DNA from: Candidatus Bathyarchaeota archaeon
GTDB taxonomy: Archaea; Thermoproteota; Bathyarchaeia; Bathyarchaeales; Bathycorpusculaceae
Length of the DNA: 64,000 nt
Direction of reading: 5' to 3'
NCBI GenBank assembly: GCA_963832745.1
Contig: CAWHVC010000002.1
Location: forward strand, 288,001 to 352,000
Position 1 is the first letter of the stretch. Each line of letters starts with the position of its first letter. The position numbers were made by a program, and so were the translations under genes. The notes under the pieces are model-generated. The model saw only the letters and a program-made list of their open reading frames with translations, was not told where the DNA came from and ran no database searches. Shown in pieces: positions 50,113 to 58,335 of this stretch.

Positions 50113-50832
50113 CTATGCGAACTCTATTTTTTTAAGCATGCCCATTTGGTAGTTTTCGCCGATTCTTGTTTCCCCCGTGCAGTATGAACATATTGAAGCG
50201 GGAGTTGTGAAACGTAACCGCATGTTGCTTAGTGAGTTGACTTCATAAGCGTCAATGGCGTGTTTGCTTAGCAGAAAGGCGCCCTGCCCCGTTATTCCGT
50301 TTACAAATAGAATGCTGCCTTTGCTGTTAACTTGACGCACGTTAAAACTGAAAACTTCCCGTTCCGCTTGCGAAACAATATCACCCTTGGTAATTACTAC
50401 GACGTCGGCAAGTTTTAGCATAGGTCCTATTTTTCTTGGGGTTTGAATCCCTGATAGGTTATCTATAACACAGATGGCAAGCACACGGTTGATGTGTGGG
50501 GAGCAGCGGTTGCAGAGTCCTGCACTTTCACTTATGAGGATGTCTAAGCCTTCTTTTTGCCCCCAAGCTACGGCTTCTGCAATGTTGCTGATGAAGAAGT
50601 GATCGGGACACACTTTGCCTGAGAAACCTACTTGGACCGGGATTTTTGCTTCTTGATAGCGGATTTGGTCAAAACTAGTGAGGCAGTCGAATTTGACTAC
50701 GCCTATGCGGATGTTTTTTTCTTTTAGGCATGCGGCGAGTTGGAGGATGACTGAGGTTTTGCCTGAGGACGGGGGACCTGCGACTGTGATTAGTTTCATG
50801 GGTGGGTCTCCTTTTGGTTTGTGGGGTTCCAT
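50113..50832 (-). CDS. HypB/UreG/CobW-type (G3E) P-loop GTPase
   Basis: GPPSSGKT, CPDH, ESAGLCNRCSP, TKGD, CSYC. Confidence 0.85.
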   Translation of the reverse strand: MEPHKPKGDPPMKLITVAGPPSSGKTSVILQLAACLKEKNIRIGVVKFDCLTSFDQIRYQEAKIPVQVGFSGKVCPDHFFISNIAEAVAWGQKEGLDILISESAGLCNRCSPHINRVLAICVIDNLSGIQTPRKIGPMLKLADVVVITKGDIVSQAEREVFSFNVRQVNSKGSILFVNGITGQGAFLLSKHAIDAYEVNSLSNMRLRFTTPASICSYCTGETRIGENYQMGMLKKIEFA

Positions 50833-51007
50833 TTTTCACGTGTAAAATGGACAAACGTCTGAGGATTTAAAATAAAATTTAACAATCGCATATGTGTCAT
50901 GCAAATACCTCAACGTTTATGCTAAAAAAAGGTAAAAAACTGAATATATAATCGTTTCGGGGAGAAAACTGCCATTTAATTACAAAAAACAAAAAAAAAG
51001 AAAAAAA

Positions 51008-51445
51008 TTAGATGCCTGGACCGGTCGGGTAACGTCCAAGCGCGTCCAGAATTTCCTCAGAAGTTGTCTTTTTGCCGATATTACGCACAAAATCTGAAGC
51101 AACCACAATGCCAACCAACTGGTTATTCTTCAAAACTGGCAGACGTCGTATCTTGTTTTTAGACATAACACGTGCGGCGTCCCTTAGTGAAGTGTCCGGA
51201 TCGACAGTTATGAGGGTTTTAGTCATCACTTCAGTAAGTTTCATGTCTGACGAAACACCCTTTGCCACGATTCGCCTTACTATGTCGCGTTCAGTGATTA
51301 TTCCAACTGGGTATCCTTTAATTACAACTGGCAGACAGCCTAAGCTTTTTTCAGCCATAAGCTTTGCAGCGTCAAAAACGCATTTGTCAGCGTCAATCGT
51401 AATAACATTCTTAGTCATGATGTCCTTAACTGATGGCATAAACAT
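51008..51445 (-). CDS. CBS-domain pair protein
   Basis: VKDIMTK, GIITERD, IRRLPV. Confidence 0.92.
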   Translation of the reverse strand: MFMPSVKDIMTKNVITIDADKCVFDAAKLMAEKSLGCLPVVIKGYPVGIITERDIVRRIVAKGVSSDMKLTEVMTKTLITVDPDTSLRDAARVMSKNKIRRLPVLKNNQLVGIVVASDFVRNIGKKTTSEEILDALGRYPTGPGI

Positions 51446-51523
51446 TCACAGGTTAAGAAAAACCAACTACGGATAAAAGCGTTACCGTACCTGCTATTAT
51501 TATGAAAACTTCCCGTTTAGGAC

Positions 51524-52027
51524 TTATGCTGCTAACTCTCCTTTATCACTGGTAACCCCTGATTTTTTCTTTTGTAACAGTTTCCAGATGCTGTCACCGA
51601 TGAGAGCCCCAACAACGGTTAAAATAATGAAGGGTATCACGAAGTAGGTTGAAAGTGGTCCAATGATTAGTCTGGCGGCAAAGACTACTGAGAAGGCAGT
51701 AAATAGGCCTGAGGCAACTGCAAGTCGTATTCTGTGTATCTTAAGTAGCGTAATCTCAGTCTTTTGTGATGGCATGGGCAGCATCGTTTTGAAGCCTGTT
51801 TTGTCGATAATAATACGTACCACCAAAACAGTGGCAAGATATATAATTGGCCAGAAAATGCCCAAGTAATCAGTTGCTTGAATTACCAAGTAGAAAATGG
51901 GGACAATTAGCAGTGCCATAATTGCTATCAGGGCTATCATTAACGTTCGGCTAGGTTGAACATTAATTCTAAGAGAATCTGTTGGAAACCAGCCTCGAAT
52001 TCTATTTGCTAAACTTTTTCTACTCAA
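51524..52027 (-). CDS. GWxP-motif membrane protein 4 (start moved to TTG 52027)
   Basis: TTG overlaps the upstream TGA (TTGA); MSRKSLANRIRGWFPTDS followed by about 4 TMs. Confidence 0.78.
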   Translation of the reverse strand: MSRKSLANRIRGWFPTDSLRINVQPSRTLMIALIAIMALLIVPIFYLVIQATDYLGIFWPIIYLATVLVVRIIIDKTGFKTMLPMPSQKTEITLLKIHRIRLAVASGLFTAFSVVFAARLIIGPLSTYFVIPFIILTVVGALIGDSIWKLLQKKKSGVTSDKGELAA

Positions 52028-52530
52028 TCTTCTATCTCTATGGTGGCTGCTGTCGTGAATTTTCTTTTTTGCATCCAGAATCCAACCAAGCCGCCCAAAG
52101 TCGGCATAACTATGAGCATTAAAACGAAAAGGCCCCAACTTCCAATAGCCGCAATTATTTGGTGACCAAACAGTATCATGCAGCCAACCACGCCGACTGC
52201 AAGGCCAAGCCAAGTCCCAACAGCAACATAGGCTACTTTTGGTCTTAAGTCTGGTCGGCGATTAAGCAGGTAAACCATTAGCATTAAAACAAAGCTGTAT
52301 GCAATTCCTGTAAGCCCATAACCCAATATTTTGCTGTCAATATATCCAAGCAGGAAAGGCACTACAACCAAAAGCACAAAAAGAGAGTAAGATATGGCTA
52401 AGCCAACATAGAAGCGACTGTTGAATTGAAAATTTTTTTCTTCAGCATTAAAACTATTGCTGGTTGGTATGGTGGGTTCTGTTGGAAACCAGCCTCTGAT
52501 GCGTGAACCTAAACTTTGCTTTCTTTTCAT
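52024..52530 (-). CDS. GWxP-motif membrane protein 3
   Basis: MKRKQSLGSRIRGWFPTEP followed by about 4 TMs; GGAGG SD. Confidence 0.82.
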   Translation of the reverse strand: MKRKQSLGSRIRGWFPTEPTIPTSNSFNAEEKNFQFNSRFYVGLAISYSLFVLLVVVPFLLGYIDSKILGYGLTGIAYSFVLMLMVYLLNRRPDLRPKVAYVAVGTWLGLAVGVVGCMILFGHQIIAAIGSWGLFVLMLIVMPTLGGLVGFWMQKRKFTTAATIEIED

Positions 52531-52553
52531 GGAAGTAATCCTCCGTATAGTTT

Positions 52554-53696
52554 TTATTTGAAAAATGTTGGAGCTAAAAGTGGGTGATGGTCAGTGTTGT
52601 TAGTGTAAAGTTGGTAGGGATTGTTTCCTATTATGGAAGGGGCTTGTGGGAGGTGTACTTCTTCTATGGGATAATTGCTCCAAAAGTTGCCCATTTCGCC
52701 GTTGTCCCAAATATTGGATGAAAGGTTCTTTGGAACTAAAATGTATGAACAAGCATCGACAACTTGGTTAATATTATTGATGAAATTGTTGCCATAAAAG
52801 ATGTTGTTATTTGACCTAAATGGGCTAACTGCAAATTCAGTACATTGAGTAATATTGTTTCCACTAAAAAGATTTTTTGAACAGTCACGCATTTTAATTC
52901 CAATAGAATTGTTCACAAAATTGTTGTTGATTATTATGTTTCCTACGGTCGACATCATTCTGATTGCTCCGGTAAAGTTTATGATTTGGTTGTTAGAAAA
53001 ATTGTTGTAGCAGGCTGCAGATTCTATAGGTTCGATGTAAACGGCATAATGCCATCTTTCTAGTGCAGGGTTACCAATGTCAACTTTACCGTTTGGATTA
53101 TTAACAAAACAGTTTTCCGTTACATTTAGATGGCTGGCACGTAATAGCAATGAAATATTGGCCGATATGTGATTGTTCGAAATAGTGCAGCAGTCGCCTA
53201 ATACTTGAATTCCAGTATCCCAATCAACCATCTTTATATTTTTAACAGTTGAATTGGTTGAAAAAATCATAATCGCTTCATAGTTTCCTGGGCCGATTAA
53301 AAAATGTCCTGCGCCATCTAAAGTAATGTCGTCTTTTTGGATAAGAATGGAGTTGGAAATGTTTTGAGTAAACGTGTAAATTAAGCCGTCAACCTTTAGT
53401 ACATTTGAAGATGCATTAGGCCAAAGGCTCCCGTCAGGTTTAATGTAAATGTGGTCATGCAGGTTTAATCCCTCAGTAGTTGGAGGATTGTAGTCGGCAA
53501 ATGGCGGAACCGATTGGATTGGTGGAGCGCCAAAAAGGTAAATGTACGATACCGCAATTGAGGAGACAAGTAATGTTGTTGCGAGTATCAAAGTTATATG
53601 CGAGCGTATGTTTATTGCGCCAATTCTTCTAGTCTGAAAAGGCTCTTTAGGAAGCCAACCCCTAAAAATGTTTAGTGCTTTCTTCTTTAACTCCAA
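52554..53696 (-). CDS. GWxP-motif protein 2: single TM plus NosD-like right-handed beta-helix
   Basis: MELKKKALNIFRGWLPKEP, one TM, ITLDGAG, Asn-rich repeats, NIWDNGEMGNFWSNY, DHHPL. Confidence 0.85.
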   Translation of the reverse strand: MELKKKALNIFRGWLPKEPFQTRRIGAINIRSHITLILATTLLVSSIAVSYIYLFGAPPIQSVPPFADYNPPTTEGLNLHDHIYIKPDGSLWPNASSNVLKVDGLIYTFTQNISNSILIQKDDITLDGAGHFLIGPGNYEAIMIFSTNSTVKNIKMVDWDTGIQVLGDCCTISNNHISANISLLLRASHLNVTENCFVNNPNGKVDIGNPALERWHYAVYIEPIESAACYNNFSNNQIINFTGAIRMMSTVGNIIINNNFVNNSIGIKMRDCSKNLFSGNNITQCTEFAVSPFRSNNNIFYGNNFINNINQVVDACSYILVPKNLSSNIWDNGEMGNFWSNYPIEEVHLPQAPSIIGNNPYQLYTNNTDHHPLLAPTFFK

Positions 53697-54029
53697 TTAC
53701 CGCAACCTCACAGGTTTCAATTGTTTTCTGTATCGCCAGTAAAGCAGCAAATTAACCGTCAACAATGAGGGTAGGAAGATGCTGAAGAAAATGAGGGTTG
53801 ATTCGGCGGTGACCTGATGGTTGTAGTGGGGTTGAATAAGCAATGCATTGATGCCTAACGAAGTAGACACTATAATAACGTTGGCTATTGAACTGTGTTT
53901 GTACAGTTTCTTGTCCAATTCTGCCTTCGTTTTAGGTGCAGGCGAAGTGTTAACTACACAGTTTTTAGTAAAAGGTTCCTGTGGGAACCAGCCTTTGAAT
54001 AATTTGTCTAAGTCTTTTTTGTTTATCAT
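53697..54029 (-). CDS. GWxP-motif membrane protein 1
   Basis: MINKKDLDKLFKGWFPQEP, 2 TMs; ATGA overlap with the HTH gene. Confidence 0.8.
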   Translation of the reverse strand: MINKKDLDKLFKGWFPQEPFTKNCVVNTSPAPKTKAELDKKLYKHSSIANVIIVSTSLGINALLIQPHYNHQVTAESTLIFFSIFLPSLLTVNLLLYWRYRKQLKPVRLR

Positions 54030-54508
54030 AGTTTCAACTCCGGGATTAATTGGGAAAAAATCGTGTGTGCCAACTTGGCGGGGTGTTGTTTTTCCATGTC
54101 TTCAATTTCGATGCCTCTTTCGCGGGCGATGTCGATTAGGTATTGGCGTGTTTGGTTTAGGAATGCTGTGTCGGTTATTTCTTCGGGGTTGTCGTGCCAG
54201 TACCAGACTTTGATGCCGTGGCTGGTGGTGTAGGTGATTATGGCTTTGCGTTTTAGGGCTGGGTGGTAGCCGAGGAGGATGGCTTGTTTGGCGTATAGGT
54301 GTGTGATTTGGAGGTCGTTTGTTTGGGCTACGTCGAGCAAGGTTGTGGAGAGTTTGGCTTCGGCTTGGAGTTTGGTTTGGTTGATGAATTGGCGTGTGGT
54401 TTTTAGTTTTTCTGCTATGGCGTTTATGGTGAGGCCATTGCTGAGTAGGTGCCAGATGGTTTTTTGTTGTTGGCTTAGGGGCGATGAGAGCGCGCATGTG
54501 TTTACCAT
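54026..54508 (-). CDS. HTH DNA-binding protein (sigma-70 region 4-like N-terminus) with C-terminal domain
   Basis: LSQQQKTIWHLLSNGLTINAIAEKLKTTRQFINQT; GIKVWYWH...ARERGI. Confidence 0.8.
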   Translation of the reverse strand: MVNTCALSSPLSQQQKTIWHLLSNGLTINAIAEKLKTTRQFINQTKLQAEAKLSTTLLDVAQTNDLQITHLYAKQAILLGYHPALKRKAIITYTTSHGIKVWYWHDNPEEITDTAFLNQTRQYLIDIARERGIEIEDMEKQHPAKLAHTIFSQLIPELKL

Positions 54509-54637
54509 TGTTAATACTTCACCGTAAATAATATGATGTTTACAAGTATTTATTTTTAACTAAAAAACCAGCCAAACCCAAACATCTCAATCCAAAAATC
54601 GTATTAACCGCTTAACCGTCACACTATCAGGCGACAA

Positions 54638-54886
54638 ATGTTGTTTAGACAACGAAGAGAAGAAATCAAACAACAACTAACAGCAGCAATAGAAAAATTC
54701 AGACAAAAAGGCGCAACCTCACCCGAAAAAGCCCTAACCGCTCAAGAACTCGATCTCCCACCAAGATTCGAAGAAGCCATGCACAGGCGACTTGGACGAT
54801 CAGGCATTTTTGTGGAGGTAAACGGGAAATATTACCTCTCCGAAGCACAGCTAAAAGAAGTCCAGCAAAGACTCGCCGAAAGATAA
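54638..54886 (+). CDS. Small hypothetical protein, winged-helix-like
   Basis: GATSPEKALTAQELDL...FVEVNGKYYLSE. Confidence 0.7.
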   Translation: MLFRQRREEIKQQLTAAIEKFRQKGATSPEKALTAQELDLPPRFEEAMHRRLGRSGIFVEVNGKYYLSEAQLKEVQQRLAER

Positions 54887-54897
54887 TCCCTGTCATG

Positions 54898-55557
54898 CTA
54901 TTTGGTGAGGTACCGTTTAAACCAGTCAACCGAAAACTCGGCAACCTCATCCAGCTTTCCCGGTTCCTCAAACAAGTGCGTTGCCCCCGGAATAACAATT
55001 AACTTCTTTTCAGCAGACATAAGGTTCAACGCTTGCTGATTCAATTCTATAACCTCTGCGTCGTCGCCTCCGACCAGCAAAAGCGTTGGCGCCCTGACCT
55101 TCCCCAAGTAGTCTGCTGCAAGGTCCGGTCTTCCGCCGCGTGAAACAACAGCTTTAATATCGTCTGCCAGTTTAGCTGCCGCAATCAAGGCTGCCGCAGC
55201 GCCAGTGCTTGCCCCAAAATAGCCAAAGGCCATGTTTTGGGTTGAAGGGTCAAGTTTTAGCCATTCTGTTGCTGCAATTAAACGTTCAGCAAGTAGATTG
55301 ATGTTGAAACGGTATTCTGCAGTGGACATGTCAGTTTCTTCTTCTTGAGAGGTTAGCAAATCAATAAGCAGGGTTGCAAAGCCGTTGTCGTTGAAGGTTT
55401 TTGCGACGTACTGGTTTCTTGGGCTAAACCTGCTGCTTCCGCTTCCGTGGGCAAAGGTTACGACTGCTGTCGTGTTTGGTGGTATTGTTAGGTTGCCCTC
55501 TATGGCGGCGTTTTTTGTAACGGGGATTCTAATTGGGGAAATTGTAGTTTCAAACAT
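54898..55557 (-). CDS. Dienelactone hydrolase-like alpha/beta hydrolase
   Basis: FAHGSGSSRFSPRN, GASTG, SRGGRPDL, HLFEEPG. Confidence 0.9.
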   Translation of the reverse strand: MFETTISPIRIPVTKNAAIEGNLTIPPNTTAVVTFAHGSGSSRFSPRNQYVAKTFNDNGFATLLIDLLTSQEEETDMSTAEYRFNINLLAERLIAATEWLKLDPSTQNMAFGYFGASTGAAAALIAAAKLADDIKAVVSRGGRPDLAADYLGKVRAPTLLLVGGDDAEVIELNQQALNLMSAEKKLIVIPGATHLFEEPGKLDEVAEFSVDWFKRYLTK

Positions 55558-55564
55558 TCATTTT

Positions 55565-56299
55565 TCATCTCTGGGCAGGTTTCAAGATGTGACGTTCTCG
55601 GCTCTTTTTTAGTAAGTCAATTACTTCATAATCGCTGGTTTGGGCAAAATCTTCATAAAACTCTCCGATAGCATAGAAAGATTCAGGCATGTACAGACAA
55701 ACCACTCGGTCAGCTTGACGTTTTAGCTCTTCAATTGTTGAAGGCGGACCAACTGGAACTGCTGCAGTTACCGATTTTGCGCCTCTGTTTTTTACGGAAG
55801 CCAACGCAGCCTTCATTGTTGCTCCAGTAGCTATTCCGTCATCCACCACAATAACGTCTCTGCCGTTAAGGTTAGGGTAAGGCTCATTTGGACGGTATAA
55901 TCGCATGCGTCTTTGAATTTCCAGTTTTTCCGTTTCACCTGCACGTTCCACATAATCCTTGGGCACATTCAGGTAAGCCATTAAGTCTTCATCCAAAATT
56001 GCTGTACCGTCTTCAGTCATGGCGCCTATGGCTAACTCTGGGTTGCCGGGTGCACCGATTTTTCTTGGAATAATCACGTCTAAAGGAAAACCTAACGCTT
56101 CAGCAACCTCAAAACCAACAACCACTCCGCCGCGCGGAATAGCCAAAACCAATCCGTCTACAAAAGAGTGCTCTTTAAGCACGTCGGCTAAGCGTTGTCC
56201 TGCCTCGATGCGGTTCAAAAAATGTGGCAAGCTACTTTCCTCCTCAAAAACCTGCATTAATATTATTGGTGCTGGAGTGTTAAATATTCTTCTAAACAT
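55565..56299 (-). CDS. Phosphoribosyltransferase-family protein
   Basis: IPRGGV, RKIGAP, VVDDGIATGAT, AVPV; usual partner of the adjacent hydrolase. Confidence 0.9.
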   Translation of the reverse strand: MFRRIFNTPAPIILMQVFEEESSLPHFLNRIEAGQRLADVLKEHSFVDGLVLAIPRGGVVVGFEVAEALGFPLDVIIPRKIGAPGNPELAIGAMTEDGTAILDEDLMAYLNVPKDYVERAGETEKLEIQRRMRLYRPNEPYPNLNGRDVIVVDDGIATGATMKAALASVKNRGAKSVTAAVPVGPPSTIEELKRQADRVVCLYMPESFYAIGEFYEDFAQTSDYEVIDLLKKSRERHILKPAQR

Positions 56300-56372
56300 G
56301 GTTTGTAGATGCTGTTAGGCAATCACAAAAGTTTGAAAAGCCGCAGTCCATGATTTAAGTTGGGTTTTTGTT

Positions 56373-56834
56373 TTGGCAACTAACATTTCTTCTTTAGATA
56401 GGGCAATTCAAAACGCGGTTTTATGGTTAAATGATGTACAAAATGAGTTGCAATGGGAAGACCGAGAAGTAGTGTATAAAGCAACAAAAGCGGTGCTGCA
56501 AACTATACGTGACAGGTTACCGCCGGGAGAACTGTTTCATTTCTCAGCTAACTTGCCCATGGTTTTCAAAGGCATGCTTTTTGACAGTTATGACCATGAA
56601 CAAAACAAAGAAATCAAAACAGTAGAAGACTTTTTCATACAAGTTCAATGTCATTATGATTCTCAAATGCGTGACATAATCGGCGCTCAAGAAGCAACTT
56701 GCGGAGTAATCAATACGCTTTTTAAAAGAATTGGTGAGGGCGAAATGAAAAAAGTGGCTGACGCTATGCCATTGAAGCTTAAATCGCTTTTCAGACAAGG
56801 AAGTAACACATTATCTATTGAAACTATGGGATAA
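56373..56834 (+). CDS. DUF2267-family protein
   Basis: WLNDV, AVLQTIRDRLP, ANLPM, GEGEMKKV. Confidence 0.8.
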   Translation: MATNISSLDRAIQNAVLWLNDVQNELQWEDREVVYKATKAVLQTIRDRLPPGELFHFSANLPMVFKGMLFDSYDHEQNKEIKTVEDFFIQVQCHYDSQMRDIIGAQEATCGVINTLFKRIGEGEMKKVADAMPLKLKSLFRQGSNTLSIETMG

Positions 56835-56856
56835 CGTTGAATTTAAGATGCCTGCC

Positions 56857-57530
56857 TTAATCATGAACTTTTTTGACAACAACTTTTTTAATAATTAATG
56901 CAATGCAGGCGACTATTATAATGATGATTGCAAGTGAGTTGAGTATTTCTTGGAATAAGTTAGCGTTCGTGTTTTGGGTTGTGGTCTTATAGGGTTTGTT
57001 TGGGGTAAAGGTTGCTGTTTGATTGATTTTTGGGTTGATTTTGGTTAACTTGTTTGCATAGTTTTCTGGTTGAATGTGCTGTTGTCTATGGATGTTAATT
57101 TTGGCTCCAATACTAATTCGAGTTCAGCATTGCTTACTTCAACTTGCTGCACCACTTGTATCGTAATGTTTTGGATTTTTTCAACAGTTAAAACGGTGTT
57201 CCACCCAACTGGAGAACCGGAGATTGTAAACGACACTTTCATTAAAATTAACGCTGACGGATTTAATGCCGTAAATGAACGTTAAATTTCCAAAGGACAC
57301 GGGAAGTCTCATAGTTTGATTTTTGATGTTGAATCTGAATTTTTCTATTGGTAGGCATGAACGGTAATCGTTAACTTGATTTCACTTGGATTAATTGAAA
57401 GGTACCCGTCACTTGGAAGGAAAAATTAGTTATAAAGTAGTTTTGTTTTCAAAATTGGTTTCCTCGCTGGCTTTTTGTTGCCTGCTTCCGCCTATTTGAG
57501 GCCACCTTTGATGTCTGCTGTGAATACATA
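56857..57530 (-). pseudogene. Decayed membrane-anchored surface protein gene (5' limit approximate)
   Basis: Broken frames including the 57045-57242 fragment; ends with Thr-rich linker, TM and basic tail (EILNSLAIIIIIVACIALIIKKVVVKKVHD*). Confidence 0.5.
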
Positions 57531-57807
57531 TGAATTTGCCTAAAAAAGAGTGGACACCACGCTATCTTTTTTGACTCACAAAAAGTTTACACGATCAAAA
57601 ACTTATCTTCATGATTAGGAAAAGTTGCCGCTTTTTTGTGTTTTTTTGCGGTTGCCAGTATTCAGTTTTTGAAACGCAAGTTTGCAAACTTATTAGCGTT
57701 ACCTTGATATTTATTCATTTAATGCATACTTGTGCTGTTTTTTCAGCTCTGAAATTAAGAAACGCTTAACTGTTGCAACTTAAATACTATCTGGATGAGA
57801 CGAGATA

Positions 57808-58335
57808 ATGCCATCATTTGGACTATTCCGCAAGCAAAAAAATCAAGACCAACCAGAGCAACCTGCCGAAAATATTCAAGAACCTGAACAAACTCAAGTA
57901 GCCCAAGAGGCACCTGTAGAAGAAAACAAGCCTGAAGAGGTTACGGTTACCCCGCCAGAAAACCCTGCTACGGTTACTGCACCGTCTGAACCGGCAGTTG
58001 CCGTTGAGCCACCTGAACCTGCCGCGACAATTCAAACCGTTGCATGCAAAACATACCTTAAGGCTATGCCGCTTCGTGACTTGTCGGATTTAGAAGGTAT
58101 AAAAACTGAAGTCCAAAACGGCAACATACTGATTTTACGTATAACACCTCTTGCAAGCAAAAGCATAGAATCCGTGAAAAGCGCTGTGAACGAGCTTTAT
58201 GCTTTCACTGAATCTGTCGGTGGAGACATTGCCCGTTTAGGTGAAGAACGCGTTGTTATTTGTCCAAAAAATATTAGGATTTGGCGTGAAAAAGCGCCAG
58301 TTAAAAATGAGTCGCTGCCTACTACAGCAGCCTAA
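57808..58335 (+). CDS. sepF: SepF-family protein with acidic/Pro-rich N-terminus
   Basis: EVQNGNILILRI, GGDIARLGEERVVICP. Confidence 0.85.
   Translation: MPSFGLFRKQKNQDQPEQPAENIQEPEQTQVAQEAPVEENKPEEVTVTPPENPATVTAPSEPAVAVEPPEPAATIQTVACKTYLKAMPLRDLSDLEGIKTEVQNGNILILRITPLASKSIESVKSAVNELYAFTESVGGDIARLGEERVVICPKNIRIWREKAPVKNESLPTTAA

Noticed and set aside
39463-50832. Integrated element at tRNA-Arg (or at tRNA-Asp)
   Set aside because: No integrase and no duplicated tRNA 3' end found by eye
52028-52213. N-terminal 62 aa of track ORF 51524-52213
   Set aside because: Overlaps the upstream gene; TTG 52027 gives stop-start coupling and places the GWxP motif at the N-terminus like its neighbours
54102-54497. 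131-aa Arg/His/Pro-rich overlapping ORF
   Set aside because: Alternate frame of the HTH gene, kept open by the strong A/C bias of that strand
57850-58030. Low-complexity Pro/Glu/Ala tracts in SepF (and in the FKBP tail at 63459-63570)
   Set aside because: Ordinary disordered linkers, not exact DNA repeats
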